Made by a program: the position numbers and the translations under genes. Below, piece by piece: positions 38,783 through 47,206 of a stretch of 64,000 nt of DNA. The notes below the pieces were generated by a model. The model was not told the DNA's origin, searched no databases, and saw only the letters and a list, made by a program, of their open reading frames with translations. The first letter of the stretch is position 1. Each line of letters begins with the position of its first letter. The DNA is from Thermoplasmatota archaeon (GTDB lineage Archaea > Thermoplasmatota > Thermoplasmata > UBA10834). The DNA lies in the NCBI GenBank assembly GCA_040751795.1, contig JBFMHR010000005.1, forward strand, positions 1-64,000. Reading direction: 5' to 3'.

Positions 38783-39699
38783 CGCCCCACCAGGTACCTG
38801 AATATGGCCTCCAGGTTGTCGTCCAGGCTGTACATCTTGGTCACCGAGCACCCCGTCCCCTCGACCAGCGCGGGCAGCCTCGTGAAGAAGTCGTCCGGCC
38901 TGGAGACCTGCACCGTTATGCCCCTGCGGTCCTGGTTGTACGCCACGGAGACGGTGAACCCCTCGTCCAGGAGCGCCTTGGCGAGCGCGTCCACCCCGTC
39001 GCCCTCGATGACAATGTTGTGCGGGTGCTTGTCTATCAGGTCCCTTATCTCCGATATGTCGCCGGTCGCCACCGCCCTGCCCTTGTAGATGAGCACCACG
39101 TTGTGGGTCATCCTCTCGATCTCGAAGAGGACGTGCGACGAGACGATGACGTCGTGCCCGCTCTCCCTGTGGAGCCTCCCGACCAGGTCTATGAGCTCCC
39201 TGCGGACGAGCGGGTCGGTCCCGCTCAGGGGCTCGTCCAGGATCAGCAGGTCCGGGTCGTGGAGGAGCGCCCCGGCGATCTTCATCCTCTGCTTCATGCC
39301 CTTGCTGTAGCCGCCGATCCTCCGGTCCATGGCCTTCTCCATCTCGACGAGGCGGGCGACCTCGGAGATGCGGGCGGAGAGCCTGTCGCCGTTGATTGCA
39401 TGGAGCCCGCCGAGGAGCGAGAGGTACTCGCGCCCGGTGGCCTCGTCCGGGAGGCTCTCGTAGTCCGGGCAGAAGCCGATCGACCGGTGCAGCCCGGGGT
39501 TCTTCCAGGGCGTCTGTCCCAGCACCCTTATCTTCCCGGTGCTCGGCGTGATGAGGCCGAGGGCGAGCTTGAACAGGGTGCTCTTCCCGGCCCCGTTGGG
39601 GCCGACTATCCCGGTGATGCCCTTCCGCACCTCCAGGGTGAAGTTGTTGAGGCCGATGACCTCCCCGTACCACTTGCTGAGGCCGTACGCCTCCATCAC
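38779..39699 (-). CDS. ABC transporter ATP-binding protein
   Basis: GPNGAGKST, YSKGMKQR, LDEP and SSH. Confidence 0.92.
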   Translation of the reverse strand: MMEAYGLSKWYGEVIGLNNFTLEVRKGITGIVGPNGAGKSTLFKLALGLITPSTGKIRVLGQTPWKNPGLHRSIGFCPDYESLPDEATGREYLSLLGGLHAINGDRLSARISEVARLVEMEKAMDRRIGGYSKGMKQRMKIAGALLHDPDLLILDEPLSGTDPLVRRELIDLVGRLHRESGHDVIVSSHVLFEIERMTHNVVLIYKGRAVATGDISEIRDLIDKHPHNIVIEGDGVDALAKALLDEGFTVSVAYNQDRRGITVQVSRPDDFFTRLPALVEGTGCSVTKMYSLDDNLEAIFRYLVGR

Positions 39700-39725
39700 G
39701 AGGCCGGATCCGCCGGGTGCCGCCT

Positions 39726-40559
39726 CTATCCTCCCACCACCTGTCTCTTGAGCTTGAGGTAGACCACGACCGCAGGGACGCACACGAACGCCGTCATGAA
39801 GACCGCGAGGGCCGGCCAGTCCACGTAGTCAGGGGTCTCGACGCCGAAGATCCAGCCCGAGGCGAACGAGAGGGCGTCGGCGGGGCTGATGACCCTCCAT
39901 GCGGGGTCGAACTCTGCGAATATCTCCGCGACTATCAGCAGCACGAAGAACGACATGAAGGTCCCCACGGCGGCGTAGCTCTTCCTCTTGGTGAATGAGG
40001 ACATCATCAGCCCGTAGGGCACGAAGAAGACCGTCATGACCGCGCCCGCGGCGACCGTCCTGGCGAGCACGCCCGCGCTGCCAGCGTAGTCGTCCCCGGA
40101 CTGGGTGGCGACCGCTGCGACGGCGACGGCCACTGGAGGGAGGAGGCACATGATGCTCATCACCAGCAGCGACGCGGCCCCCTTCCCGACGAGGTAGTCC
40201 CTGACCTTGACCGCCCTGGAGAAGTAGAGCACGAACGAGCGGCCGGCGAGGTCCTCGGATATCAGGTCGGAGGTGACCACGGCCGCGAGCAGTATCGCGA
40301 ATATCGAGAGCGTGTTGCCCGAGCCCATGTAGTCGAACATGGTCTGGGCATCGAGCCCCTCGTGCGGGGCGATGACGGTGAATATGAGCTGGAACGCGTG
40401 CAGGAAGAGGAACCCGAGGGCCAGTATCACCAGGACGCCGATGGCCTTCATCTTGTGCCGGAAGACGCTCCTCGCGATGACGTACATCCTCCTGTCCTGG
40501 GCGCTCCTCTCGCCCTTCCAGGCGCTGTACTCGATGGGGTTAATCCCCACTCGGCCCAC
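39726..40559 (-). CDS. ABC-2 type exporter permease
   Basis: TM helices, LISED...LYFSR...DYLVGK. Confidence 0.82.
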   Translation of the reverse strand: MGRVGINPIEYSAWKGERSAQDRRMYVIARSVFRHKMKAIGVLVILALGFLFLHAFQLIFTVIAPHEGLDAQTMFDYMGSGNTLSIFAILLAAVVTSDLISEDLAGRSFVLYFSRAVKVRDYLVGKGAASLLVMSIMCLLPPVAVAVAAVATQSGDDYAGSAGVLARTVAAGAVMTVFFVPYGLMMSSFTKRKSYAAVGTFMSFFVLLIVAEIFAEFDPAWRVISPADALSFASGWIFGVETPDYVDWPALAVFMTAFVCVPAVVVYLKLKRQVVGG

Positions 40560-41526
40560 CCCCTTGGAACGCCTGCAGGAAGACGTCCTCCAGGCTCATG
40601 CGGTCAGGGGTGTAGCTCCTGACCTGCACCCCGTGCTCCCTCGCGAGGCCGAAGATGCCCCTGCCGTCCCCGCAGCCGCGCACCGAGAAGGAAGCCTGGC
40701 CGACGCCCTCATCCGCCTTCTTGACGACCGTGCAGGCGGCGCCCAGGGCGCGCGCGAAAAGCTCAAGCGCCTTTGCATCGCCCCTGACGGTGAGGTTCTG
40801 GAGCCCCTCCTCGCCGGCCATGAGCGCCCCCATCCGTCCGTCCCTGACGAGGCGGCCATCGCTGATGATGATCGCGTGGCCGCAGACCCTCTCGACCTCC
40901 TGGAGGATGTGCGATGAGACTATGATGGTCTTCCCGGTCGCGCCGATCCTCCTCACGAGGTCGAGCATCTCCTCGCGCCCGTTGGGGTCCATCCCGCTCG
41001 TCGGCTCGTCCAGGAACAGGAGCGCGGGGTCGTGCACTATGGCCTGCGCGAGCTTGACCTTCTGCTTCATTCCGGTCGAGTACGATTTGACCAGCCGGTA
41101 CCTCTCCTCGCCGATGCCGACGAAGTCGAGGACCTCGTGGCACCTCTGCATCGCGTCGCGCTGCCCCATCCCGGATATCTGCCCCATGTACGAGACGAGC
41201 TCCACGGAGCTCATGGACGGTATGAGGCAGTCGTGCTCGGGCATGTAGCCGATGTCGTCCCTGATGCGGAGGCTCTCGGTCTGCGAGTCGAGGCCGCCGA
41301 CGGAGATGCTCCCCCTCTCGAGGGGCACGAGGCCGAGCGAGGCCTTGATGAACGTGCTCTTGCCAGCGCCGTTCGGGCCGAGCAGGCCGATGACCCCCTC
41401 GGGGATGTCGGCCGTGAAGCCGTTCAGCGCGACGACCTGCCCGAACCGGACGGTGACGTCCTTCGCGGAGAGCCGGTGGGCCCCTGCCGTCCCGTCCGCT
41501 GCGGCGCCATCGCCCGCCGTGGTCAT
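40540..41526 (-). CDS. ABC transporter ATP-binding protein
   Basis: GPNGAGKST, YSTGMKQK, LDEPTSG and SSH. Confidence 0.92.
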   Translation of the reverse strand: MTTAGDGAAADGTAGAHRLSAKDVTVRFGQVVALNGFTADIPEGVIGLLGPNGAGKSTFIKASLGLVPLERGSISVGGLDSQTESLRIRDDIGYMPEHDCLIPSMSSVELVSYMGQISGMGQRDAMQRCHEVLDFVGIGEERYRLVKSYSTGMKQKVKLAQAIVHDPALLFLDEPTSGMDPNGREEMLDLVRRIGATGKTIIVSSHILQEVERVCGHAIIISDGRLVRDGRMGALMAGEEGLQNLTVRGDAKALELFARALGAACTVVKKADEGVGQASFSVRGCGDGRGIFGLAREHGVQVRSYTPDRMSLEDVFLQAFQGGGPSGD

Positions 41527-41579
41527 CCGTGGGGCATCGGCATCGCCGATATATCAGTTGAGGGCGGAATCCCGCCGGC

Positions 41580-42545
41580 TCATTCCAGGAGGGCCGTCCC
41601 GACCACCCTGAGCTTCCCGCCCTCGAGGTACGCGAGGACCGCCTTCGAGCCTGGCGGGAAGGCGAGCGGCTTCTGAAGGGAGAGGGACAGGCGCGGCCTC
41701 CTCCGGTCCCCCGTGTCTGAGACGCCCGCGACCCTGGCGGGCACGAACTGCATCCAGTGCCCGACATGGAGGACCATCCCCTCGGCGATCGGGTTGAGCC
41801 AGTACTTGACGACCTCCGCGACGCAGGTCAGCTCGTTCCTCGCGACCAGCGCGGGGTCCGTGGTGAGGACGGCGCCCCTGTCCAGCTCCTGGGCGGTGAT
41901 GCCCTTGAGCGCCAGGCCCACCCTGTCCCCCTTGACGGCCCAGTCGAAGTCGTCGTCGTGCTTCTGTATGGACCTTATGTCAGCCCTCTTGTCGTCCGGC
42001 AGGACCCTGAGCGAATCGTGCTTCCTGATGTGCCCGTCCGCGACGCGCCCGAGGACGACCGTGCCGACCCCCTTCACGTCGAAGTGGTGGTCCACCGGAA
42101 CGGAGCCGCGCGACGGCCCCTCCGGCTCCTGGCCCCCGGCCTTCTCCGCCTCCGCGAGGAGCATCTCCCGGAGGGCGGTGTGGTCGTCCTGGACCACCTC
42201 GTACGCCTCCAGGGCAGTGCCCCTCACGAACGGGGCGAGCTGGTCCACGGTGATGTAGTTCCTCAGGACCATCCAGCCCCTGCGCACGCCGACGCAGTCC
42301 AGCATGACGATGGTCTCGCCGAGGACGGGGCTGATCTGGTCGACGACGACGAGCGCCGCGTCGGCCATGGATGCGCAGTGGAAGAGCGTGGAGAGCCTCT
42401 CGGGGTACTTCGTCGGCTCGACGAACGTGACGGTGGCCTCCCCCCTCTTGATGTCGAAGAAGGTCATGTCCGAGGCGGTCGACCTCTTCCCCAGGTCCCT
42501 GGCGTAGTCCGGGGCGCCGACGACCACCACTGTGAGGTTCGCCAT
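41580..42545 (-). CDS. Archaeal SelB-like (SelB-II) EF-Tu-family protein with degenerate G-domain
   Basis: DHHFDVKGVGTVVLG, IRSIQKHD and GDRVGLALKG; no canonical GHVDHGK P-loop. Confidence 0.8.
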   Translation of the reverse strand: MANLTVVVVGAPDYARDLGKRSTASDMTFFDIKRGEATVTFVEPTKYPERLSTLFHCASMADAALVVVDQISPVLGETIVMLDCVGVRRGWMVLRNYITVDQLAPFVRGTALEAYEVVQDDHTALREMLLAEAEKAGGQEPEGPSRGSVPVDHHFDVKGVGTVVLGRVADGHIRKHDSLRVLPDDKRADIRSIQKHDDDFDWAVKGDRVGLALKGITAQELDRGAVLTTDPALVARNELTCVAEVVKYWLNPIAEGMVLHVGHWMQFVPARVAGVSDTGDRRRPRLSLSLQKPLAFPPGSKAVLAYLEGGKLRVVGTALLE

Positions 42546-42613
42546 GCGGTCAGGGGTAGGCGGGGTCCCTAATTATCCTTTATCAAGCGACGCTGCGCAG
42601 AACGATGCTCCGC

Positions 42614-42931
42614 TCACCTGAGCTTCGAGTGCTGGTCCAGGACCATGCATATCTCGCTGCTGACGTCGTGGCTGACGACGCCGGTCTTCTCCTGGTCCCT
42701 GACGTAGTCCCTGGCCGAGGCTATGGAGATGCGGGACGCCTTGGCTATGACGCTGGCGATGATCGTGCGGGCGACGGCCTCGTCCACCTCGTAGTGGGCC
42801 ATGATCTCCCTGAGGCCGTACTTCACCGAGTTCAACCTCCCCACGTTGAGCATCGTGGTCTTCTCGTTCTCGCGCGGGGCGTACCTCCTCGGCTCGTTCC
42901 TTCTCTTGCCCCTGTAACCAGTGCGCCGCAT
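42614..42931 (-). CDS. Hypothetical basic protein (105 aa)
   Basis: Coding-like codon usage; upstream TTTAAGTA and GGAG. Confidence 0.65.
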   Translation of the reverse strand: MRRTGYRGKRRNEPRRYAPRENEKTTMLNVGRLNSVKYGLREIMAHYEVDEAVARTIIASVIAKASRISIASARDYVRDQEKTGVVSHDVSSEICMVLDQHSKLR

Positions 42932-43014
42932 CGCCAACGGTATCTCTCCGGATGGGTATCCAAACGGGCCAGTCATACTTAAATCTTCACTGAAATCCGT
43001 GCCAGTGGGTGGAA

Positions 43015-43719
43015 TCAGGCATCCTTCCTCTGGTCGGTGTGTATGGTCGGCTCGTCCCACTTGAACGCCCGCTGGCAGGTGTCGGGCCCCAGCTTGACGT
43101 CGAAGAGGCCGGCCCTCTTGCCGTACACGAGGGCCAGCATCAGGCCGACGACGGCCACCAGGGCCAGGGCGGTGGCGATCCCGGGCTGGAGGACGAAGCT
43201 CTCTGTGATCTCGACCCTCAGGAGGTCCCAGACCGGGTCCATGAGGCTCTCCCCCTTCGTCAGGTGCGCCCCTATGGAGCCGGTGGCGCCCGTCACGCCC
43301 ATCGCCGCCGCGGCCACCAGCACGTAGACCGCCGCCATCGCGGGGCATGTCCAGAGCCCTCTGCCGAACCTGAACCTGATGAAAACCACCATGGACCAGA
43401 GCGCCATGGAGAAGACCGTCAGCGTGATCTTGTTGCGCACGTCCTCCGGGACTATCAGGTCCTCGAGGGGCCACGCGTACATTCCCGTGTATGTCGAGAG
43501 GAACATGCCTATGAGGCCGCCGACGGCCGCGACGTACCCGGTCGCCTCGGCATACCCCCTGACCTTCATGGCGAGGTCGACCAGGGACTTGGGGAACCTG
43601 TTCCTGTAGCGGACGACGACCTGCGACGCGGCGACAGCGACGATGCACACGAAGGCCAGCGTGAGCATGCCCCCGTGTATCTCGGCCGTGAGGGAGTGCA
43701 GCGACGACATGCTGACCAT
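43015..43719 (-). CDS. Membrane protein with His residues in TM segments (DUF2231-like, possibly heme b-binding)
   Basis: About 5 TM, EIHGG and GSIGAHL; ATG directly abuts the upstream stop. Confidence 0.65.
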   Translation of the reverse strand: MVSMSSLHSLTAEIHGGMLTLAFVCIVAVAASQVVVRYRNRFPKSLVDLAMKVRGYAEATGYVAAVGGLIGMFLSTYTGMYAWPLEDLIVPEDVRNKITLTVFSMALWSMVVFIRFRFGRGLWTCPAMAAVYVLVAAAAMGVTGATGSIGAHLTKGESLMDPVWDLLRVEITESFVLQPGIATALALVAVVGLMLALVYGKRAGLFDVKLGPDTCQRAFKWDEPTIHTDQRKDA

Positions 43720-44682
43720 CTATCTCGACCTCCTCTCGACGACGCGCTTCCTGATGAACAGGGCCATGACGACCATGATCCCCACGACGCAGACGATGAT
43801 CACCGCGCCGGCGCCGATGGTGACCACCCACTCCAGCATCGATACCAGCTCCGACTCGTTGTCGACGAACACCGCGATCTCCTTGCTCACCGAGTCGCCG
43901 GTCGAGTCGACCACCGTGACTATTATCACATGGCCGCCCTCGGTCATGTTGGTCGTGTCAACGGTCCAGCTGAACGGGGCGGAGGCGAGCTCGCTCACGA
44001 CGGTCCCATCGATCTTCAGTGTGGCGGACTCGATCTCGTCCACGCTGACGATGTTGGCGTTTATCGTGAGGTTGCCCGACACCGTTGCGGAGTTCGAGGG
44101 CGAGGTTATGACGACCGTGGGGATGTTGGCGACGGGGTCGCCGTCGCCCCCGTCGTCGCCGCCGGAGTAGTCGGTGACGGTGAAGACGAGGCCGGCCGAG
44201 TAGTCGTTCGCGTAGGTCCCGGGGCCTCCGTGCATCTCCCTCGCGAAGAGGACGTGCACGCCGAGGCTGGACGGCGCAGTGAGGTCCCACGACATGGACA
44301 CGGAGCCCTGGTAGTCGGAGACCTCGTAGTAGTTGTAGGTCGTCGACCCGCTGGGGTCGGCGACGATGGCCCATCCGTCGGCGGAGGGCTGGCTGTTCGT
44401 GTAGGTGGTGGAAGACACGATCATTACTCCGAGCGGCGAGTCGTCCGCCTCCCCGCCGGAGACACCGACGGTCAGGGTCAGCGCCCCGCCCGGCGCGGGG
44501 GTCACGTTGGTGGCGCTCATGGTCATGACCGACGTGCTGGTGGCGTCGTGGCAGGAGCCGCCGCAGTCGTACTCGAGGTCGTCGCTGTCGACTCCTCCTG
44601 GGTTGGCGTATATGCCAGGAGACATGACTATCGCGGCCAGGACCACTCCCATGACGAGAACGAGCAGGTTGCCCTTCCTCAG
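43720..44682 (-). CDS. Secreted, C-terminally anchored protein with CX3CH heme c-like motif, Reeler-like and Ig-like domains
   Basis: Signal peptide, CGGSCH at 44548-44565, WDLTAP, Ig-like domain (VDTTNMTEGGH), C-terminal TM plus RKR; probable CTG start after GAGGGGG. Confidence 0.75.
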   Translation of the reverse strand: MRKGNLLVLVMGVVLAAIVMSPGIYANPGGVDSDDLEYDCGGSCHDATSTSVMTMSATNVTPAPGGALTLTVGVSGGEADDSPLGVMIVSSTTYTNSQPSADGWAIVADPSGSTTYNYYEVSDYQGSVSMSWDLTAPSSLGVHVLFAREMHGGPGTYANDYSAGLVFTVTDYSGGDDGGDGDPVANIPTVVITSPSNSATVSGNLTINANIVSVDEIESATLKIDGTVVSELASAPFSWTVDTTNMTEGGHVIIVTVVDSTGDSVSKEIAVFVDNESELVSMLEWVVTIGAGAVIIVCVVGIMVVMALFIRKRVVERRSR

Positions 44683-44723
44683 ACTCTCTCCCCCTCGGCC
44701 CTTGAGCTCCCGGGCCCTCCGCC

Positions 44724-44747
44724 CGATAACGGGGTTATCGTTAATAA
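44724..44747. promoter_or_regulatory. Perfect 7-3-7 inverted repeat next to a TATA box in the cytochrome/ccmF divergent region
   Basis: CGATAAC-GGG-GTTATCG at 44724-44740, adjacent to TTAATAA at 44741-44747. Confidence 0.55.
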
Positions 44748-44833
44748 TCGTTTTGAGTTCGTCGCGCCCTCGCCTCCGACCGCCACTGATTAAATATGGC
44801 GAACCTGTTCCTGAGACACTGGGGGCGAGTTCC

Positions 44834-46870
44834 GTGGCTCCGGGGAACATCCTTCTTGCGATGAGCGTGATATTCTCAGTCGCCTCGGCTCTGCTGTCCG
44901 TACCTCGGATCGCAATGATGGTTCCCGCAAGAAGGTTGGTGGCCGAGTGGCTTATGGTCCTCTCGTTCCTCTCCATCACAGGGGCCCTCGCCCTCATCGT
45001 GCACGCCTTCACATCGTTGGACTTCTCGGTCCTATACGTCTGGGAGCACTCGTCCTCGGACCTGGACCCGCTGTACAGGCTCTCGGCAGTCTGGGCCGGA
45101 GGCGGTGGCTCCCTCCTGCTGTGCACGTGGTTCATCTCCTTGTCATGGCTCATCTCCTCAGCCATGATCTATCAGGGGAACGTCAGCGCAGGGAAACAGA
45201 GGCCTGGGGCAAGGTTCGCATCAGTGTCCTCGGCAATCATGTCCGTCTTGGTCGCCTTTTTCGCATTCACTGTCCTCATGTCCGGCGTCTTCGACAAGAC
45301 CCCCGCCGCGTCCCTCGCTGCAAACCCTGATGGCCTGGGCCTGGATACACTCCTTCAGTCTCCGGAGATGGTCCTCCACGCGCCCCTGATACTCGGCGCA
45401 TATGCCGCGCTCTGCTCGGTGTTCGCGTCGTCGGCCGCACATCTCGTCACGGGTGATCGTCACTGGCACAGGGTCTCTCTCCCGTGGGGAAGGTTCGCCT
45501 GGGTGACGCTGACCGCCGGAATCGGCCTAGGGGCCGTGTGGGCGTACTATGTCATCGGCTGGGGAGGCTACTGGTCCTGGGATCCGGTGGAAACCGCCTC
45601 GCTCGTCCCGTGGCTCATGGTGACGGCCTTCCTGCACACACAGCAGAGGCAACTCCAGAAGGAGGAGTACCCGGTCGCGTCTCCGATGTTCGGAATGCTC
45701 TCGCTCGTGGGGGTCGTGTTCGTCTCCTTCGTCGTGCGCGCGGGAGGGCTGTGGAGCTCCTCGGTGCATGACTACGGCGCCTCGTCGGAGTCATCGGCCG
45801 TGGCCAGGCTCGCCTTGCTGCTGTCGAAGGATCCGTCAGTCGCGGGCGTCCTCGTCTTCATGCTCGCCCTGCTGGCCGCATCGCTCATCCTGTCGTTCCG
45901 CGCGAGCAGGAGGCTCGGCCCGTCCCAGCCAGTGGGCGCGCCGCCGAGGCTGAGCGGGTACGTCACGGACCGCAACAACATGTTCGCGGCAGTGGTCCTC
46001 ATCGCCCTGTCCGCGTCGGTGGCCGTCGCGCTGATGCTCAAGACCGTCGGGTCGGACGCGGCCGCGACCTACGCGGAGCTCGACCAGAAGATGACCGCGC
46101 TCTTCGTCGCGCTCATGGTCGCCCTCGCCCTCTGCATGGCCTGGAGGCTCGTGGGGAGGGAGCGCGCCCTCCCGATGGTCCTGGCCCTGGTCGTGGCCTC
46201 GGCCGTGCTCGCGGCCGTGGCGGCGTGGACCGGCGCCGTCGACGGCGCGGTGGCCTTCGCGCTGCCGTCGTGCTGCCTGGTGATAGTCGCCTCTTCTGTG
46301 AGGCTGGCACAGACTCTGTCGAAGGGGCCCGGCAGGAGCAGGGCCTACAGGGCCGGGGCGCAGGTCGCGCACATCGGGGTCGCCCTTCTCATCGCGGCGT
46401 TCGTGGTCTCGTCCAACATGCAGTCGTACCCTGCCCAGGGCCCAGAGGTGGCGCTGGGGGTCGGGGGCCAGGTGTCGGTCGGTGACTACGTGGTCGAGTT
46501 CGTCCGCATGGACTTCAGCTACGATGTCGATGGACGCCCCGCCGGCGTGACGATGGTCAGGACGGCCTACGTGGACATCTACGAGGGCGAGAGGCTCGTC
46601 CAGGTCGATGTCCCCCTGGAGGTGCTGTACGGCGGGAACGAGGCCGCGGGTTACTACGAGCTAGAGAGGGTGGCCTTCGTCGACTCCTCCATCTCCGGGG
46701 ACCTCTACCTGAGCTACGCGGTCATGTCCTACGATGTCATCCTGCTGCACGCGAAGGTGGTCCCTGCGATGTGGGCGCTATGGGCCGGCGCGCTCCTCCT
46801 GATCTCCGGGATGGCCGTCCGCATGTGGGCCTTCGGCCCGACCGAGGCGGCCTCCCGCGAGGACGCCTAG
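44834..46870 (+). CDS. ccmF: Cytochrome c heme lyase CcmF/NrfE
   Basis: DFSVLYV, WAG.GSLLL, LHAP, WAYYVIGWGGYWSWDPVETASLVPWL, SVHD and HIG; GTG start. Confidence 0.9.
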   Translation: MAPGNILLAMSVIFSVASALLSVPRIAMMVPARRLVAEWLMVLSFLSITGALALIVHAFTSLDFSVLYVWEHSSSDLDPLYRLSAVWAGGGGSLLLCTWFISLSWLISSAMIYQGNVSAGKQRPGARFASVSSAIMSVLVAFFAFTVLMSGVFDKTPAASLAANPDGLGLDTLLQSPEMVLHAPLILGAYAALCSVFASSAAHLVTGDRHWHRVSLPWGRFAWVTLTAGIGLGAVWAYYVIGWGGYWSWDPVETASLVPWLMVTAFLHTQQRQLQKEEYPVASPMFGMLSLVGVVFVSFVVRAGGLWSSSVHDYGASSESSAVARLALLLSKDPSVAGVLVFMLALLAASLILSFRASRRLGPSQPVGAPPRLSGYVTDRNNMFAAVVLIALSASVAVALMLKTVGSDAAATYAELDQKMTALFVALMVALALCMAWRLVGRERALPMVLALVVASAVLAAVAAWTGAVDGAVAFALPSCCLVIVASSVRLAQTLSKGPGRSRAYRAGAQVAHIGVALLIAAFVVSSNMQSYPAQGPEVALGVGGQVSVGDYVVEFVRMDFSYDVDGRPAGVTMVRTAYVDIYEGERLVQVDVPLEVLYGGNEAAGYYELERVAFVDSSISGDLYLSYAVMSYDVILLHAKVVPAMWALWAGALLLISGMAVRMWAFGPTEAASREDA

Positions 46871-47112
46871 TCGCCGCTGCCTCCCCTTCCCCTTTTCGGC
46901 GAGAGCTTCTCCTCCTCCGCCTCCTCGACAGGGTAGAGCCTCGCCCCGCACTTCCTGCACAGCCTCTCGCTGGCCGGGTTCGCAGCGTCGCACTCGGGGC
47001 ACCTGGTGACCCCGGAAGCTATCCTCCTCAGTTGCCTGAGCCTGTCCGGGTCCATCCTGTACATGGTCGCCAGGAGCGCGTCCCTCTCCTTCTCCGTCCG
47101 CTGGGCCGCCAT
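46867..47112 (-). CDS. Small Zn-ribbon protein
   Basis: CPECDAAN...CRKCGARL; GGGAGG upstream. Confidence 0.7.
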   Translation of the reverse strand: MAAQRTEKERDALLATMYRMDPDRLRQLRRIASGVTRCPECDAANPASERLCRKCGARLYPVEEAEEEKLSPKRGRGGSGD

Positions 47113-47147
47113 GGTCCTCCCGGACGTGGGATCGCGTGCAGGGACGA

Positions 47148-47186
47148 TAAAAAAATGGGTTCTCGGGCCCCGCAGCGGCGGGGCCC
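47148..47186 (-). terminator. Hairpin plus T-tract terminator of the aminotransferase gene
   Basis: GGGCCCCGC-N4-GCGGGGCCC followed by T7 on the minus strand. Confidence 0.65.
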
Positions 47187-47206
47187 TTCGGGTTTGTAGG
47201 GTGCGC

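Noticed and set aside
41580-42545. Selenocysteine recoding suggested by the SelB-like gene
   Set aside because: No in-frame TGA at a catalytic Cys position seen in any gene here, and the protein lacks the true SelB G-domain and C-terminal extension.
44405-45165. Long apparent overlap of the cytochrome and ccmF ORFs
   Set aside because: The ORF-track starts are over-extended. Probable starts at 44682 (minus) and 44834 (plus) leave a normal divergent promoter.
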